Source of the DNA: Nitrosopumilus sp.
GTDB lineage: Archaea > Thermoproteota > Nitrososphaeria > Nitrososphaerales > Nitrosopumilaceae
NCBI GenBank assembly: GCA_965238275.1
Contig: OZ250186.1
Coordinates: forward strand, 1,568,001-1,632,000
DNA: 64,000 nt
Direction of reading: 5' to 3'
The position numbers and the translations under genes are program-made. Of the stretch, positions 1 to 10,907 are shown in pieces; position 1 is the stretch's first letter; every line of letters begins with the position of its first letter. The notes below the pieces were generated by a model. The model ran no database searches. It saw only the letters and a program-made list of their open reading frames with translations, and was not told the origin of the DNA.

Positions 1-191
1 GTTGAGTGGAAGCAAGGGCGTGTGGGTAAGAACGTAACAGGAAGTGGCCTGCCTAACAGTGGAGCGGGTGCAGCCTTTCCCTTACCGTGAAATCTTTTTT
101 CCCGTGATGCACCGCGCGTGGTAAGACGATGCCTCAACTGTCTCCAGAGGACAGTGGACCAAGTGATTAAAGAAGCTGTTTCCGCTTCCTG

Positions 192-1478
192 TCAGTTGCC
201 AGCAGCGTGAACAGGATCGAGTTGGCATCCATGCCCCTGGGAGCGGTTTCCGCCCCCGTCGCTTCTTATGGCCACGAACCTCCGGTTGACCCTCTCCACT
301 GCGTTGTTGTCAGGCTCGATGCCGTCCACGTGCAGGCAGGTGGTCATAAAGTATCCCTCCCGGGGGTTCCTCTTCTTGTGTCTGGCATGGTGCCGTGCCC
401 ATCGTCTGCAAACGGTTCGATCAGCCCGCGCAACTCCGCGTCTATGCAGTGGGCCGCGCGATCCTCGTGTGCCCGTCTTTGATCCTGGATGCGCGATAAA
501 TCTTATCGTGGATTGCCGACAGCCTGTCCAGAAACTTTGGAACGTCACCTTTGGGGTTGGTCAGGACGTCCTTTTGCACCAGGCGTTCCTGATGGCACAC
601 GCACATCTGGCGGCACGATCCCACGTGGAGCCATCCTGCATACGAGTCCTGCGTTATGGTTCCACCGTAGTCCGGGAGTGTGTGGCAAAGCGTCTTGATG
701 CCCCGAGAGCCGGTCACCTCCACGAGACAGGCGTCTTTTGCCAGGGCCACTATCCCGTAGCCGCGTTTGCCGCCCAACGGCCAGTGGAATTCGTCTGCGT
801 TCAGGTGTGGCGCCTCTAACACGCGCTTTCTTACAGAATCACGCTCCGGTGCCATGCGCTCTGCCTGCCTGATCTTGCCGCGGTATGCAGACGGGCGCGA
901 GATTTTGTGCCCCCACGCGTCGCTGCCAAATTCTGCGGCCCTGGCATGCGACAAACCGTTCATGTTCAGGGACGTCATGGCCGCATCAAAGTTTGATGAA
1001 CGGCGCGCGTGTTTTGCCGCGCCGGGAACCCTTCCAGAGACCTGTTTTTTGCACCCGCGGCACCAGCGCCGCTTGATGACGTACCTGACGTTTTCCAGCA
1101 TGACGGCATGACAGTCACGATGCGATCGTACCTGTCCACGTCCGAAAGATTGTCGTTGCCACAGTCGGGACATTCCTTGCAGTCGATCTCCTCGACGCGG
1201 TCGACGCGTTTTGGCCTGCAGTTGATGGTGGGTTTTTGCCCCTTGGGCCTGCCGGCCTTCCTTGGGCCTGCCTTTTTCTTGGTCACGGTGGGGATGTTGA
1301 TCCTGTTGGCCTTGGCGTTAAGCTCCCTGTTGGCCTTGGCGTACCTCTTGTTGTCCTCTGTGAGGGATGAGACGAGTGCCTGCAGCCCTCGATCTCCTTG
1401 AGCCGGTACATGGTCTGCCTGCAACTTCGGCAGAGCAGCAGCATCGGGATCTTGCCTGCCAAACCGATCGGTCACCAA
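192..1478 (-). pseudogene. IS66-family transposase, frameshifted into at least 3 pieces (975-1478, 442-1173, 192-548)
   Basis: Coiled coil plus GRPKG plus CPDCG Zn ribbon; ADEFHW, QDSYAGW, QMCVCHQER and IEPDNNAVER motifs typical of IS66 TnpC, spread over different frames. Confidence 0.8.
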
Positions 1479-1829
1479 GCACCCTTGCCCAGAACCGGCA
1501 GCACCTGCATCCTGATTTCATGCACGCCCCTGCATCCGGTGGGATTTGTGGTAAGGGCAAGGAGGGCTCGTGCGTTGCCTTAAATTCTTCCACCTCCAAG
1601 CATGTCTGGCGTGCACGATTCTTCATTTGCAATTCTCGAAGGGATTGGCACCCACTCATATTTGGATCGCGACGGCCCTTTGTCGTCCCGAGCACGAAAT
1701 CATTAGATTCATTCCCGGCACCATGGATGTCCGCTAGGCCATCGGGGGCACTTCAAAAAGCGAAACAATTACGTAAGAACGATGTACTCCAACCGGTGGC
1801 GGCATATAGGAACCCGGAGAGTACGCATC

Positions 1830-2760
1830 ATGAAAAAACTGGACGAATCAAAAGTAAGGTGGACTTTCGGAGAAGGACAAGGGATCCACCAATTCATACA
1901 TCTCCAAGGCCATGGGGGTGTCACCGCGGTGGGTAAGGAAGCTGATTCCAGATACAAGGGACAGGAACGCAGCAGCGTGACATACCCGATGCGCACCGGC
2001 AGACCCGCATGCGGTCTTCCCGGCCGAAGGGAGCACTCTGCAGTGCTGTGCGCCAAGGGCAATGACCAGTCGGGGCAGTGCGCCTGCACGGGCACATAAG
2101 GAACTGCACCATGAATATTCCATACAACCGCATACACATGGTATTGCGTGACGAGGATCTTGCTGCCAGACAACCCAACAAGAGCAAGCGCCGCAAATGG
2201 ATCCGCTTTGAGCGCACCTATTCCAATTCGAGCACACAGACTACAAACGACGGCAGGTGGTTCCTGCTACGAGGACGACGCGTCCAGATTCGTGACTTAC
2301 GGCACATTTGAGCGTGCAACGACAGAAAACGCCCTGGCAGTATTGGACAAGGCGATAAGAAACCACGGCAAGCCATGCCTCCATAATGACTGACCGCGGG
2401 TCCCAGTTCTATGCCACCGCATCAGAGGCAAAGAAAAAGGGCGCATCCGAGTTCGAAAAGAAGATGGCAGAGCTTGGCATCAAGCAGATCTTGGCAGGCG
2501 TGAGGCACCCGCAGACCAACGGCAAGCTGGAGAGGCTGCACGGGGAGATCCAGCGAAAGCTGCCCGAATTTGAGGCGATAATGATGCGCAAGAGCGACCC
2601 GGTGGACCTCTTCATGCAGTGGTACAATTACGACAGGCCGCACATGTCACTTGGCTCGGACGGGGAGGAGACACCAGCCCAGGCGTTTGTGCGCAAGATG
2701 CCGCCCAAAGGAGAAGTAGTAATAGACGAGCAGACAGGGGAGGAGTATCATGTTCAATAA
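1830..2760 (+). pseudogene. IS481-family transposase, multiply frameshifted
   Basis: Fragments RRKWIRFER, EDDASRFV, MTDRGSQF, HPQTNGKLERLH and YNYDRPH in different frames; right end resembles an IS481 TIR (...TTTCGTATTCCACA, ~2787). Confidence 0.85.
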
Positions 2761-2802
2761 GGGAGGAACTACTTTTCGTATTCCACATGCTGCGATCACC
2801 AT

Positions 2803-3870
2803 TCTGTTGTACGAAAATTAGGTCCGCCTAAGATCAAGCGTTACGTAAAGGATTACTTTGTCCTTTACCGATCAAGAAAAACGATGGCAAAACGACTGAC
2901 GGCAAAGTCCATCAGATACGCGATGGCACAGCTCGGCAAGGGCAGGGGCACGACGGAAGTGGCAACAGAGATCGGCGTGACGCCAAGACCCCATGTCCGC
3001 AGGCTGCGGGCCGTGTTCCGTACTGCCGGCACTCCGCAGCGTCCCGGCCGGCCTGCACGGCCACCATCCCCAGAGGAAGTACGACTTGTGCTGGATGAAT
3101 GCAGACGGGAACCGCAAGGCGTGCTGCGCACTGCCATGAACCTGCAGGTAAATCATGATATAGGTTACCAGAGGGTATACCGGATAATGAAGGAGAACGG
3201 CCTGGTGGTTTCGTCTGCGGCAAAGTCCAAAAAACGAAAGTGGGTTCGCTACGAACGAAGGCATTCCAACTCCATGTGGCACACAGACTGGCATGTCATG
3301 AAGGATCCGCGCATGAAAGGGCTCAATCTGGTGACCTTTCTGGACGACGCGTCAAGATGCGTGACCGGGGTGGGTCTGTTTACTGAGGCCACGTCCGAGA
3401 ACGTTGTGAAGGTTCTCCGGGATGCAGTCAGGCAGTTCGGCGTTCCTGCCACCATCCTGTCAGACAACGGCTCATGCTTTGTGGGCGCTACAGGCAGGTA
3501 CGTGAAGGGGAAGGACGGCAAGAGAATGAAGGCGCCTTCCGGATCATGGCAGCCCACCACCTTTGAGGCAGAGCTGCTGGACCTGAGCATAGGGCTGATA
3601 AACTCCAGGCCGTACCACCCCCAGACCAACGGCAAGCTTGAGCGGTTTCACAGGACGCTTGAAGATGAAATATGTCACCGCAGGAGCCTGGCAGAGTACG
3701 TCGAATACTATAACGAGAGACGCCTGCACTTTTCGCTGGACATTGCCAACCGCGAGACCCCACTCATGGCATTCCATGCCAAGAAAGCGACCGAGGAGAT
3801 CAGGAATGAGAACTCAAATTGGATGGAGGAGGATACCAATGACTAGCGGACATAATTTCCGTATAATACA
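2803..3870 (+). mobile_element. IS481-family element with imperfect 25-bp TIRs and 16-bp flanking direct repeat
   Basis: Left end TCTGTTGTACGAAAATTAGGTCCGC vs reverse complement of right end TGTATTATACGGAAATTATGTCCGC (20/25); ATGCTGCGATCACCAT at 2787-2802 and 3871-3886. Confidence 0.85.
2884..3846 (+). CDS. IS481-family DDE (rve) transposase, apparently intact
   Basis: N-terminal HTH; WHTDW, LDDASR, SDNGSCF, HPQTNGKLERFH and YNERRLH motifs. Confidence 0.9.
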   Translation: MAKRLTAKSIRYAMAQLGKGRGTTEVATEIGVTPRPHVRRLRAVFRTAGTPQRPGRPARPPSPEEVRLVLDECRREPQGVLRTAMNLQVNHDIGYQRVYRIMKENGLVVSSAAKSKKRKWVRYERRHSNSMWHTDWHVMKDPRMKGLNLVTFLDDASRCVTGVGLFTEATSENVVKVLRDAVRQFGVPATILSDNGSCFVGATGRYVKGKDGKRMKAPSGSWQPTTFEAELLDLSIGLINSRPYHPQTNGKLERFHRTLEDEICHRRSLAEYVEYYNERRLHFSLDIANRETPLMAFHAKKATEEIRNENSNWMEEDTND

Positions 3871-3917
3871 ATGCTGCGATCACCATAGATAAGTTTATAA
3901 GTATGGAATTAGTAAAT

Positions 3918-3925
3918 TTTAAATA
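3918..3925 (+). promoter_or_regulatory. Candidate TATA box for tfb
   Basis: TTTAAATA 25 nt before ATG 3951; a second candidate TTTATAA lies at 3894-3900. Confidence 0.4.
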
Positions 3926-3950
3926 TTATAATGAAAGGTTGTGGAAGAAT

Positions 3951-4859
3951 ATGGTAAATGCAATGAGTCCAAAGGATCGGTGTCCGCGGTGTGGCCAGAG
4001 CACCCTTGTCACAGATGCCAATACGGGCGAGAATTTCTGCGGCAAGTGCGGTTTTGTCATAACCGACAAGGTTGAGGAGTCGGGGCCTGAATGGAGATCG
4101 TTTTCAAACGAGGGTGAAAACAAGAGCAGGACCGGGGTGCCGACCTCGCTTGCCATGCATGACATGGGACTGGCAACTGTGATTAATCCTCAAAACAGGG
4201 ACGCGACGGGAAAGCCGCTTACGGCCTCGATGAAGAGCACCATTGAGAGGCTGAGGACATGGGACAGCCGGAGCCAGGTTCATGAACCCGTAGACAGAAA
4301 CTTTCGGCAGGCCTTCAGCGAACTCGACCGTCTCAAGGACAAGCTGGCAGTGGGGGACGCCGTGATTGAAAAGGCAGCCTACATCTATAGAAAGGCACTT
4401 GAGAAGGGACTGGTGAGGGGGCGTTCCATTTCTGCCCTTATCGCATCTGCGCTTTATGCAGCATGCCGTGACACTGAAACGCCAAGAACCCTAAAGGACA
4501 TAGGCCAGGCAAGCAACATCAAGCGAAAGGACATCGCAAGATGCTACCGGCTGCTCCTGAGGGAGCTGAACCTGAAGATGCCCGTAGTTGATCCAATCAA
4601 GTGCATCTCAAGGATTGCAAGCAAGGCCGGACTCTCAGAGAAGACCAAGAGAAAGGCCACCAAGATTCTGCAGATAGCAGAGGAGAACAAGATATCTGCC
4701 GGGAAGGATCCCATGGGGCTGGCAGCAGCAGCCCTGTATGTGGCATGCGTTACCAACGGGGAGAACAAGACCCAGAGGGATGTTGCAGAGGCTGCCGGGG
4801 TGACAGAGGTGACCATCCGAAACAGGTACAAGGGCCTGAAGGTTGCACTAAACCTCTAG
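3951..4859 (+). CDS. tfb: Transcription initiation factor IIB
   Basis: CPRC..CGKCG Zn ribbon, GPEWRSF, two cyclin repeats, GVTEVTIRNRYK; ORF is open from 3903. Confidence 0.97.
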   Translation: MVNAMSPKDRCPRCGQSTLVTDANTGENFCGKCGFVITDKVEESGPEWRSFSNEGENKSRTGVPTSLAMHDMGLATVINPQNRDATGKPLTASMKSTIERLRTWDSRSQVHEPVDRNFRQAFSELDRLKDKLAVGDAVIEKAAYIYRKALEKGLVRGRSISALIASALYAACRDTETPRTLKDIGQASNIKRKDIARCYRLLLRELNLKMPVVDPIKCISRIASKAGLSEKTKRKATKILQIAEENKISAGKDPMGLAAAALYVACVTNGENKTQRDVAEAAGVTEVTIRNRYKGLKVALNL

Positions 4860-5837
4860 GTTCCGGGCTCTTTTTGCACAGAACTTGTCTGCAAGTATTA
4901 TGGCCGTCGATACCACGCCTGAGGCCAGCAGGAGAATCTCCAGTGACGGCATCAGGGAATGTGAGAACGCATCCTCGACGCTGATTAGGTTCAGCTGGGC
5001 TACCATGTTGGCATATGCGTATATGAAATAATTTGTGGCCCAGTGAATCAAGAGTGCGCTTACAAAGCCGTACCTGACATACACCCAGCCCAGAATGATT
5101 CCGCCGACTGCGGCTTGGGCAAACTTGCCTTCGGACCATGCCTGGCCAAATGCGATGTGGGCAAGGCCAAACAGCACGCCAACTGCAACGATCAAAATGA
5201 TCGCCTTTCTGTAGTTGGCAATTTCCAGCTTGGACGGATTCCACAGGCACCCCAGAATGTATCCTGCAGAGGATCTGCAGGAGTACAGGGCAAGCAGCGG
5301 AATACCGATCAAGATGACGCGGAATCCAAACTCTTCAAACAGGGGGGCTGCCGTAATGTACAGGAACTGAACCAGGTTGTTTCCACCAAGCTGCGCGACA
5401 GTCGTAATCCCAAACCACTCCTGGGCATAATTGATTATTGCAGAGACCAGGACCAGGACGGAGAACCATTTTGTAGCCCCGAGCATGTAGTTTTTCCTGA
5501 CATCCAGTCTTCCAAGCTGGATTATGGGAGAAAATGATCTTAAAAATCCGTATTTTGGACCCATGGCCGCAATTACAAATATTATCACATACAGGGCCCA
5601 CAAGACGACAAACGCGTCCCCTATGCTGATCTCAAACGGAATATTGGCAAGCATGGTTCCCTCTAGAGCGTTCAGCTGGGCCAGGGGAAAATCATAGTTA
5701 ATGTCCCCCCCGACGTCGCTTTCAAATACGACAAAAATTCCGATGGGAAACGATATGAGAAACAGTCCAAAGATGACTGATAAAAGCGCCGTAAACGGAA
5801 TCCCAATGGACGCAATCAGTCTGTTTTTGGCTTGCAA
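4848..5837 (-). CDS. CPBP (Abi/CAAX type II) intramembrane metalloprotease
   Basis: Multi-TM protein; EEFGFR, FGLAH and HWATN motifs. Confidence 0.85.
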   Translation of the reverse strand: MQAKNRLIASIGIPFTALLSVIFGLFLISFPIGIFVVFESDVGGDINYDFPLAQLNALEGTMLANIPFEISIGDAFVVLWALYVIIFVIAAMGPKYGFLRSFSPIIQLGRLDVRKNYMLGATKWFSVLVLVSAIINYAQEWFGITTVAQLGGNNLVQFLYITAAPLFEEFGFRVILIGIPLLALYSCRSSAGYILGCLWNPSKLEIANYRKAIILIVAVGVLFGLAHIAFGQAWSEGKFAQAAVGGIILGWVYVRYGFVSALLIHWATNYFIYAYANMVAQLNLISVEDAFSHSLMPSLEILLLASGVVSTAIILADKFCAKRARNLEV

Positions 5838-5843
5838 TTTGTC

Positions 5844-6152
5844 CTAGTGCAGCTCTATGCTGTCATCGGCAAATCCTAGACCGATCAGTGTGTCCTTGAT
5901 GGTGTCCCTGTGGTCGCCCTGCAAGAAGATGTAACCCTCCTTTGCGGTTCCGCCACATGCATACTTGTTCTTAAGCTCCTTGGCAACAGTCTCTAGGTTG
6001 TTTAGCTTGGGATCAAGGCCCTCTATCATGGTGCCCTTCTTCTTAAACCGCCTAGTCTCCAATCTGATTATAATCTTGGTATTGTCTTTGGCAAGTTCGC
6101 CACAAGCACACAAATCTTCTGGAAGACCACAAGTATTACAGATTACTGCCAT
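5844..6152 (-). CDS. sui1: Translation initiation factor aIF-1 (SUI1/YciH)
   Basis: CNTCGLPEDLC; LKNKYACGGT; LQGDHR. Confidence 0.95.
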   Translation of the reverse strand: MAVICNTCGLPEDLCACGELAKDNTKIIIRLETRRFKKKGTMIEGLDPKLNNLETVAKELKNKYACGGTAKEGYIFLQGDHRDTIKDTLIGLGFADDSIELH

Positions 6153-6513
6153 TCGTTCTACATGAATTGATTTGTACGTACTATTAAGCCTTGTTTAGAA
6201 TTGGCATTCGTTATCTTGTGCCGTTTGGCACTCAGATTGGGATCATGCGGGATGAAGATCCCGACGAATGCCTGGAAACGGACATGCCTGATCCGGCATG
6301 CCGGCTGCGTTCTGTCACAGATGGCATGCCCTGGCCCTGAAAAATACATCGATCCTCGGGAACACGCACCTGGAATGATTGCGAATCAATTCAAGCAGCC
6401 TCAACGGCGTCGAACCGGCCGGCCGCATCGTACTTGGAATATCCGGATGTTAAATTTTTGAAAAAGTAATATGTAACAACGTATCTATTCTTGTTGTTCT
6501 AGGTGAAAATGAT

Positions 6514-7434
6514 ATGATTACAGTGCTTGCAGGGGGAACAGGTTCAGTCAAACTGGTAAGGGGTTTGGCAGCACAGGAATCCAAGGTAAACGTGGTCAGC
6601 AACGTAGGAGACAACTACTGGTTGTATGGACTCTACATCTGTCCGGATATTGATACGATAGTGTACGGACTGGCTGATCTTCTTGATCAGGACAAGGGAT
6701 GGGGGGTCAAGAAGGACACGTTTAACTTTCTGCGCCAGATGGAGGTATTTGGAGAGGAGACATGGTTCCGGATAGGTGACAGGGATGCTGCAACGCATCT
6801 GATCAGAACCAACATGCTCAAGAATGGAAAAAACCTAAGCGAGATTACAAAATGGATGTGTGAAAAATTTGCAGTCAGCACAAACATTATTCCGGTAACC
6901 GACAATACCGTTGAGACAAGAATCATCACGGACAAAAGCGAGATGCACCTGCAGGAGTATTGGGTAAAACACAGGGGAAGAAAGCCTGTAGAGGGAATAC
7001 AGTATGTCGGGGCAGACAAGGCGCGTCCCAACCCCGAAGTGGTAAACGCAATTCATGATGCAAGCCTTGTGGTTCTGGCACCCGGAAACCCGCTGACATC
7101 CATAGGCCCCATGCTGCAGATAAAGGGGATCCGAAAGGAGCTCTCAAAGATAAAGAGGAAGGTAGTTGCAGTAAGCCCGCTGATCGGAAACGAATCCATT
7201 ACGGGACCGGCTGCAAAATACATGCGGGCTGCAGGAATAGAACCCAATGCATACGGCCTGGCAAAGATGTATTCGGACGTATGCTCAAACATAATCATTG
7301 ACACCAAGGACAGGGTGCTTACAAAGAAGATCCAAAGTCTGGACATGAGGGTATTTGAAACCCGAATTACCATGAAGACCAAGCCTGCCGAAGAGGCGCT
7401 GGCAAACTTTATCCTAAAGCAAGTGCACGTGTGA
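6514..7434 (+). CDS. cofD: 2-phospho-L-lactate transferase (F420 biosynthesis)
   Basis: GGTGSVK, NVGDN, ICPDIDT, IGDRD, HLQEYWV, NPLTSIGP. Confidence 0.95.
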   Translation: MITVLAGGTGSVKLVRGLAAQESKVNVVSNVGDNYWLYGLYICPDIDTIVYGLADLLDQDKGWGVKKDTFNFLRQMEVFGEETWFRIGDRDAATHLIRTNMLKNGKNLSEITKWMCEKFAVSTNIIPVTDNTVETRIITDKSEMHLQEYWVKHRGRKPVEGIQYVGADKARPNPEVVNAIHDASLVVLAPGNPLTSIGPMLQIKGIRKELSKIKRKVVAVSPLIGNESITGPAAKYMRAAGIEPNAYGLAKMYSDVCSNIIIDTKDRVLTKKIQSLDMRVFETRITMKTKPAEEALANFILKQVHV

Positions 7435-7435
7435 C

Positions 7436-8068
7436 TTGAAGACTGCAGCAATAATCCCGGTAAAGACGTTCTCCAAGGCAAAGACGCGCTTGAAGTTGCC
7501 GGAACACACAGTCAGGAATCTGTGCAGGACAATGCTGGAGGAGATCCTGTACACAGTCTCGACCTCGCCGCGGATTGACAGGACAGTCATAGTGACAAGG
7601 GAGCCGGAGGCCGTAAGCATTGCAGAGCGATTCAACTCTGTCACCATAACGGACCGGGAGGAGGGGGTCAATGCGGCAGTGGCGCTTGCAGACAGGTACC
7701 TTTTGGAGAACGGCTTTGATGCGTCAATCGTGTTCCCACAGGACATTCCCTACATCAAGACACAGGACATTGATTTCATGCTAAACTACATGACGCCGCC
7801 AAACTTTGCAATCATCGTTCCGTCTAGAAGGTTTGACGGGACAAACGCGCTGATGAGAATGCCGGTAAACCTGATGGAGACGCACTACGATCAGGACAGC
7901 TACAGGGCACACATGAACACTGCCAAGATGCACACGCTCAATGCCGCAATGGTCTTTGTAAAGAGGATCATGTGGGATGTTGACAGCATGGAGGATCTAA
8001 GATTCCTCTTGGAACAAAACGAAAAGCCGCACCTTGCAGAGAAGATAAAACAAATCCTCAAAGCCTGA
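7436..8068 (+). CDS. cofC: 2-phospho-L-lactate guanylyltransferase
   Basis: IPVKTFSKAKTRL, DIP, GTNAL, DVD motifs; directly follows cofD. Confidence 0.93.
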   Translation: MKTAAIIPVKTFSKAKTRLKLPEHTVRNLCRTMLEEILYTVSTSPRIDRTVIVTREPEAVSIAERFNSVTITDREEGVNAAVALADRYLLENGFDASIVFPQDIPYIKTQDIDFMLNYMTPPNFAIIVPSRRFDGTNALMRMPVNLMETHYDQDSYRAHMNTAKMHTLNAAMVFVKRIMWDVDSMEDLRFLLEQNEKPHLAEKIKQILKA

Positions 8069-8201
8069 ATTTACTCCCGGTGTGCCCTGCGGAAATTCCG
8101 GACATGGCATATCTGATAAATGCATCCAATTTGTCCCTGCACGCCCGCTCTGCGGCGTGGCGCCATAAATCAAGGGATGCGGCCAGATGCTGGTTCCTGA
8201 A

Positions 8202-8534
8202 TCACGTCGGAACGTCCTTGATCTTCTTCAAGGTGTCCAAATGCATGTTGACGGATTTTAAAATCTCCTGCTGCCTTTCGCTACTGTCTGCATGTTCCAA
8301 CTCTCCTGAGAGGACTCTTATCTTTTCGTTGATTATTTCTGCCAGGGACGATACCGTATCCTGATTGCTGTCCTGTGGCAGATCCCTTTTTTCCGGCTCC
8401 CTGCCACAGCCGATACACAAGGCATGCCCGTCTTTGATCACCCGGACTCCTGCACAGTACGGGCACGGCTGGCCAAGCAGCGTGGCACCGTCCAGCAGCA
8501 TCTTGGCTGCACGCCTTGTAAGATCCTTTGACAT
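8202..8534 (-). CDS. UPF0148/autoantigen-p27-like Zn-ribbon protein
   Basis: MLLDGATLL..CPYC..CIGC followed by coiled coil. Confidence 0.8.
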   Translation of the reverse strand: MSKDLTRRAAKMLLDGATLLGQPCPYCAGVRVIKDGHALCIGCGREPEKRDLPQDSNQDTVSSLAEIINEKIRVLSGELEHADSSERQQEILKSVNMHLDTLKKIKDVPT

Positions 8535-8794
8535 GAGTTTCAGCCGGCATTCTGCCTAAAAAATCCCTTGATCTCCGACATCGTCGCGGTACCGTCGTGC
8601 GCCTGCAGCGATGCCTGCCACGCCCGCGGCAGCAAGCAAATTCCATGACGCACGCCATGTTGGGGGACGCATCCTGAATTCATGCCACCTGGCACCCAAC
8701 CGACCATTCTGGCAACAGCCCTTGTCTGCAGTCGTACATGATACTCTACAACACCATCTGACATTACCTACAGTGTGAGCCTGCAGGGATCTTC

Positions 8795-9085
8795 CTAGGA
8801 AAGACCAGAGCCGCCTGCAACTGCAGGCAGTATGTATATCTCGTCACCGCTTTTGAGCGCAGTCTTCATCCCTTCTGAGAATTTTGCATTCTTGCCGTTG
8901 ACGTATATGTTGATGAGTGATCTGGGAGTCCCGTCAGCCTCTAAAACGCGCCTTCCAAAGTCATCACCCATGACTTTAACCGTTTTGGCAAAGGCGTCTG
9001 CCAGGGAGTCTGCAGAAACCTGCATCTTTTTCTCTCCGCCGCCCCGGTTCAAAACCGAGGGGATAACAAATGTAATGTCTGTCAT
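8795..9085 (-). CDS. MoaD/ThiS (SAMP-like) ubiquitin-fold protein ending AVAGG-SGLS
   Basis: INIYVNG, LKSGDEIYILPAVAGG; ATG overlaps the thrC stop (TGATG). Confidence 0.88.
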   Translation of the reverse strand: MTDITFVIPSVLNRGGGEKKMQVSADSLADAFAKTVKVMGDDFGRRVLEADGTPRSLINIYVNGKNAKFSEGMKTALKSGDEIYILPAVAGGSGLS

Positions 9086-10299
9086 CAGTTGACCGCCGCC
9101 GATACCTCTTGGATGTTTGCCCTGACTTCTGCCGGCCTCTTGAGCACCCGCATTATTGTCTCTATGGCCTTGAGTCCGTTGCCGGTCACATAACACACCA
9201 CGGTCTGATCCGGATCAATCTCCTGCCGCTGGACCATCTTTTGAAGGGCTGCCACTGCCACGCCACCTGCAGGTTCTGTAAATATGCCTTCAGTCCTTGC
9301 CAAGAGTATGATCCCCTCGAGAATTTCCTCATCGCCTGACTCTACTGCAATGCCGCCGTACTGCCCGAGTCGTTTGAGTACGTACCTGCCGTCGCCGGGG
9401 TCGCCTATTGCCAGACTCTTTGCAATTGTATCTGGCTGCTCCACCGGAGTCACATGAGTGCTGTTGCTGTTAAAGGCATCAACTACGGGCGCACAGCCGC
9501 GGGGCTGCGCCGCACTCACATGCATGCCTGATACATCCTCAGTCAGCGAGACCTCCTGCAGTTCCTCAAATCCCTTGCAGATGGCATTAAGCATTGCACC
9601 ACTCCCGACAGGAACAACCAAGTGATCCGGAACCTTCCAGTCCAGCTGCTCGGCGACCTCGTATGCAAGGGTCTTGGAGCCTTCGACATAGTATGATCTC
9701 AGATTGATGTTGACTATTCCAATCCTCTTGCGCTCGCCGATGTTTGCTGCCAGCGTGTTTGCATCATCATATGTCCCCCTGACCGGAATATAGTTTGCCC
9801 CGTATGCAAGCGCCTGGGCTATCTTTGCAGTCTCTATGTCTGCCGGGGCAAACACATGACAGTCAAGTCCGGCCTTTGCCGCATGTGCTGCAGTCGCAGA
9901 TGCAAGGTTCCCAGTGGATGCGCATCCCACAGAATGTATGCCCAGTTCCCCCGCCTTGGAGACTGCCACGCCTGCCGGCCTGTCCTTGAACGAGTACGTC
10001 GGGTTTACGGAATCATTCTTAATGTACAGGTTTTTGAGTCCCAAGGCCTTCCCGAGCCGTTCGGCCTTTATGAGGGGGGTCATGCCTGCACCAATACTCA
10101 CTATGTTGGATTTATTCTCTATTGGCAGCATCTCAAAGTACCGCCAGTATGTCTGCTGGCGGCCTGCAAACATGTCCCGGGTGATTTTGGGAAAGTTATA
10201 CTTTACATCAAGCGGACCAAAGCATTCATCGCAGACATATTTGAATGACGTCTCATACTGCCTTTTACACTCCCTGCACTCTAGAAATAATCGCCCCAT
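9085..10299 (-). CDS. thrC: Threonine synthase
   Basis: NPTYSFKDR PLP lysine, ASTGN, PVGSG, EPAGG, TGNGLK. Confidence 0.9.
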   Translation of the reverse strand: MGRLFLECRECKRQYETSFKYVCDECFGPLDVKYNFPKITRDMFAGRQQTYWRYFEMLPIENKSNIVSIGAGMTPLIKAERLGKALGLKNLYIKNDSVNPTYSFKDRPAGVAVSKAGELGIHSVGCASTGNLASATAAHAAKAGLDCHVFAPADIETAKIAQALAYGANYIPVRGTYDDANTLAANIGERKRIGIVNINLRSYYVEGSKTLAYEVAEQLDWKVPDHLVVPVGSGAMLNAICKGFEELQEVSLTEDVSGMHVSAAQPRGCAPVVDAFNSNSTHVTPVEQPDTIAKSLAIGDPGDGRYVLKRLGQYGGIAVESGDEEILEGIILLARTEGIFTEPAGGVAVAALQKMVQRQEIDPDQTVVCYVTGNGLKAIETIMRVLKRPAEVRANIQEVSAAVN

Positions 10300-10438
10300 G
10301 TCTCAAGACAAACTCGGCTGAAACCATACTTAAAACGTCCTAATATTGAATCAAGTGTTACTTAATTTTGTTCTGAAAAAATTCAGTAGTATATATAACG
10401 ACAAGTTATGTGCGGTGCCCTGTCCGGGACATATGGCC

Positions 10439-10768
10439 TCATTTGGCCAATTTGTTGTGAAAGCAGCTGGGATCGCCCTTGTGGCAGGCAGGCCCCGTAG
10501 GTTCAACCAGGTATATCAGCGCATCCGAGTCACAGTCGACTAGAATGTCCCTGACATGCTGGACATTCCCTGACGTCTCGCCCTTCATCCACAGTTTTTT
10601 CCGCGAACGGCTGTAAAACCATGATTTGGCCGTCTTTATGGTAAGCCCCAGGGATTCCCTGTTGGCGTATGCAAGGGTAAGTACCTGACGCGTGCTGGCG
10701 TTTTGCACTATTACCGGAACCAGCCCGTCCCCCTTCTCAAAGTCGATCTCGTCAATTGACTGTATCAT
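10439..10768 (-). CDS. hisI: Phosphoribosyl-AMP cyclohydrolase
   Basis: [30 protein letters not shown]. Confidence 0.96.
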   Translation of the reverse strand: MIQSIDEIDFEKGDGLVPVIVQNASTRQVLTLAYANRESLGLTIKTAKSWFYSRSRKKLWMKGETSGNVQHVRDILVDCDSDALIYLVEPTGPACHKGDPSCFHNKLAK

Positions 10769-10907
10769 GTGTGTGGGGTGTGGGATGGGTTCTATAATTA
10801 TAGCGAAACTGGACCGGTTTGGTGCATGTCTTTGTGCTAACCCAAGACAAACGCAAATAATTTCATTTTCAGGATAGGTTTATTACCGTAATTTGCACAA
10901 AACTTGC

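Noticed and set aside
1-191. Possible IS66 TIR (GTAAG...) at 26 or 121
   Set aside because: No matching inverted partner could be found near 1500-1770
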